32,000 bases of DNA. Source: Prevotella phage Lak-A1. Of this stretch, positions 29,732 to 32,000 are shown one piece after another. Position 1 is the stretch's first letter. Every line of letters begins with the position of its first letter. Below the pieces are notes generated by a model, which ran no database searches, was not told the DNA's origin, and was given only the letters and a program-made list of their open reading frames with translations. The stretch is taken from sequence record MK250016.1; one strand, given 5' to 3'. Position numbers and translations under genes: made by a program.

Positions 29732-30796
29732 ATGGCAGAATATAACACAAGTGATATTGTAAATGTAGCAAAAAATACAGTATCAAAATGGGAAAAACCT
29801 GGTGGAACAACAGGTATGATTGTATTAGGTGTTGTAGTAGGTGCAATTGCAATTAATATTACACCTATTATGAATTTTATTGCAGCAGCATGCGCAAGTA
29901 CACTATCTGCAATTGGTATGGCGGCAGCACTTTTTCTAGTTTTATATTGTTTATTTGATCCTCGTATTCGTAATATTGGTTCAACAATATATTTTATGAT
30001 TATGCGTAAGATTGAAGGTCTTCTTGTTGATTATGATCCAATCTCTATTGTTAAGAGAAAGATTATGCAGATGAATAAGAAGATTCAGGAAATTACTGAT
30101 AATATGGGAAAGCTTCGAGGTCTTATTGATAAATCAGAAAAACGTATTCAAGATAAAAAGAAACAATGTGATCATGATTTTCAACTATTGAATAAGTATA
30201 AAGAAACTGGTAAAGCACAAGATGCTGCTGTATATGAACGACAAGTTACTCGCCTTACTGAAGTAATTAAAAATTCAGAAGCACGACTTATTCAGTCAAA
30301 GCAATGGTATGAAATTATGGGTAAACTGAAACACCAGGCTGAATTAACAGTACTTGATGCAACAAATGAAGTAAATGAACGTGTAGAAGAGTGGGAAATG
30401 ATTAAAGCGCAGCATAAGGCATTTACATCTATTGTTGGAATTATTAATGGTAAGGATGATCAGTTTAGTTTATTTACTCGTGCAATGGATCATATGGCAG
30501 ATGATATTTCACAGAAACTTGGAGAAATGTCATTTATCATCGAGGAAACAGGTGGTTTGATGTCAAAGATTGATATGGATAATCTTGTGATGTCAGATAA
30601 AGCAAATGCACTTCTTGCACAATATAATTCTGGTGGTCTTGATGCTGTTCTTCTTGGAAGTTTTGCAAAGCAACCAATTGAACACGCACCAGCAGAAAAT
30701 GTAGAGTTCAAAGAAGCAGAATTTACAAATTTGAATACTATTACAAATAATAGGAATAATGTACAACAAACATTAGGCCAACCAAATTGGTTTTAA
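29732..30796 (+). CDS. membrane-anchored coiled-coil protein (354 aa), PspA-like organisation by inference
   Basis: Two N-terminal hydrophobic segments (GMIVLGVVVGAIAIN.., STLSAIGMAAALFLVLYCLF) followed by a long coiled coil. Confidence 0.75.
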   Translation: MAEYNTSDIVNVAKNTVSKWEKPGGTTGMIVLGVVVGAIAINITPIMNFIAAACASTLSAIGMAAALFLVLYCLFDPRIRNIGSTIYFMIMRKIEGLLVDYDPISIVKRKIMQMNKKIQEITDNMGKLRGLIDKSEKRIQDKKKQCDHDFQLLNKYKETGKAQDAAVYERQVTRLTEVIKNSEARLIQSKQWYEIMGKLKHQAELTVLDATNEVNERVEEWEMIKAQHKAFTSIVGIINGKDDQFSLFTRAMDHMADDISQKLGEMSFIIEETGGLMSKIDMDNLVMSDKANALLAQYNSGGLDAVLLGSFAKQPIEHAPAENVEFKEAEFTNLNTITNNRNNVQQTLGQPNWF

Positions 30797-30803
30797 TAAA
30801 ATT

Positions 30804-30845
30804 AAAGAGAATTGTGTAAAAAATACATGATTCTCTTTTTTATTT
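30804..30845 (+). terminator. Rho-independent-like terminator
   Basis: aaagagaat ... attctcttt stem followed by T tract. Confidence 0.75.
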
Positions 30846-30858
30846 TTAAAAATATATG

Positions 30859-30866
30859 TATCTTTG
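30859..30866 (+). promoter_or_regulatory. candidate Bacteroidota-type -7 element (TATCTTTG)
   Basis: atatATGTATCTTTGaatt about 22 nt upstream of ORF 30888. Confidence 0.5.
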
Positions 30867-30887
30867 AATTAATAAAATATTTATGTT

Positions 30888-31217
30888 ATGATAAAAATAG
30901 TTGATACATCATATTATATTATTAATAATAAAGAAAAGAAAGAATTATTTATATATTACGATACAGAACATAAATTGGATTGTAATATGGATATACTTTC
31001 TTTTCAATTAGATTTTAATCTCAAAGATATTGATAATGATAATAAAGATGAAATTATTGAACAATATTTTAAAGATAATTGGACAAGATTTTTTATGATA
31101 AAATCAGTACCATATGGAGATTTAATGTCTATTGGTATTTCATTTGAACAAATATTAAATATGGTTAATGAAATAGCTAAATCAAAAATAATATTTGAAG
31201 ATTATAAATCAATTTAA
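30888..31217 (+). CDS. hypothetical protein, 109 aa
   Basis: ORF track; preceded by terminator and promoter-like motif. Confidence 0.75.
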   Translation: MIKIVDTSYYIINNKEKKELFIYYDTEHKLDCNMDILSFQLDFNLKDIDNDNKDEIIEQYFKDNWTRFFMIKSVPYGDLMSIGISFEQILNMVNEIAKSKIIFEDYKSI

Positions 31218-31305
31218 TAGACTTTTTAATAAACACGATATAAAAGAAAAATAGAGAATAATATTAAACATTAATTTAAATAACTTTAATTAAGAATTAA
31301 AAATT

Positions 31306-32000
31306 ATGGCAAATGTTGTTTTGCGACCTTGGGTAAAGGTTGTTGGTGTTATTGCAGTTGTTGCTGCAATTATGTTTGGTGCTTCTAAATTTTTTGGAGG
31401 CAGTAATGATGGTGATAATAAGTCATCGAGTGACAGCGGCGGTTTTTTCAGCAGCATGTTTTCTGGTGGTGATGATGATGTAATCACCATTGGTACAAAT
31501 ACTTATGCAGGTTTTCTGCCATTTATGTATTTGAATAATGGTCTTGAACCTAATGAAGATTGTCCTATTTATAAGGAATATGGTCTTAAGTTGAAGATTG
31601 TTGTTCAGGATGATTTTGCTGCAGGACGTGCAGCATTCAATAATGGTGATATTGACATTATTTATTGTACTGCTGATGCTCTTCCTGTTGAGATGAGTGA
31701 AGGTTCAAATATGAATGATGCTCGTTTCTTTAATGTATCAAACTGGTCACGTGGAGCTGATGCTATTGTAGTTAATAAGAGTATTCAGAATGTAAGTAAC
31801 TTGATTGGTAAGGTTGTTTGTTGCTCTCAGGGTACAGCATCTCATACACTGTTGTTGAATACACTTGAAACAAATGGTATTGGAGCTGATAAGGTAAATA
31901 TGGGAAATTCTACAGATCCTAATAAGGTTAATATTAAGGTTGTAGATAACGGTCTTGAAGCTGCTTCTGCATTCCGTGCAGGTTCTTGTGATGCAGCTGT
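31306..32000 (+). CDS. ABC-type substrate-binding protein-like (SsuA/NMT1-like), membrane-anchored, truncated by window end
   Basis: N-terminal TM (VVGVIAVVAAIMFGA), then ITIGTNTYAGFLPFMYLNNGL......YGLKLKIVVQDDFAAGRAAFNNGDIDIIYCTADALPVEM...ADAIVVNKSIQNVSNLIGKVVCCSQGTASHTLLLNTLETNGI. Confidence 0.8.
   Translation, partial: MANVVLRPWVKVVGVIAVVAAIMFGASKFFGGSNDGDNKSSSDSGGFFSSMFSGGDDDVITIGTNTYAGFLPFMYLNNGLEPNEDCPIYKEYGLKLKIVVQDDFAAGRAAFNNGDIDIIYCTADALPVEMSEGSNMNDARFFNVSNWSRGADAIVVNKSIQNVSNLIGKVVCCSQGTASHTLLLNTLETNGIGADKVNMGNSTDPNKVNIKVVDNGLEAASAFRAGSCDAA

Noticed and set aside
29179-31490. - strand ORFs 29179..29361, 30490..30711 and 31290..31490
   Set aside because: Antisense to well-supported + strand genes
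31306-32000. Host chromosomal contamination suggested by substrate-binding protein and CorA
   Set aside because: Both lie in contiguous, similarly AT-rich, tightly packed blocks flanking terL and other phage-like genes; no visible junction, though coverage data would be needed to be sure

Overview
This 32 kb, very AT-rich window looks like part of a large tailed-phage genome, probably infecting a Bacteroidota host (Lak/crAss-like style). The main feature is stop-codon recoding. Between about 11.1 and 27.0 kb the supplied ORF track is fragmented, but the pieces join into long ORFs if TAG is read as an amino acid, most likely glutamine (genetic code 15). I hand-counted about 86 in-frame TAGs across 14 reconstructed genes. 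These include a large terminase (TerL), an N-acetylmuramoyl-L-alanine amidase, P/Q-rich and structural-type proteins, and two related repeat-plus-nuclease proteins. The flanking blocks (1-11.0 kb and 27.0-32.0 kb) have no internal TAGs. The left block carries NAD-dependent DNA ligase, a CorA-like transporter, an ADP-ribosyltransferase-like protein, a GatB/YqeY-domain protein and many small unknown ORFs. The right block carries a class II aldolase-like protein, a coiled-coil and membrane cluster, and a truncated ABC-type substrate-binding protein. Intergenic hairpins, a repeated intergenic element and TATCTTTG promoter-like motifs are also visible. I found no tRNA or CRISPR array. All coordinates and TAG counts were worked out by hand and should be re-verified with a code-15 gene caller.
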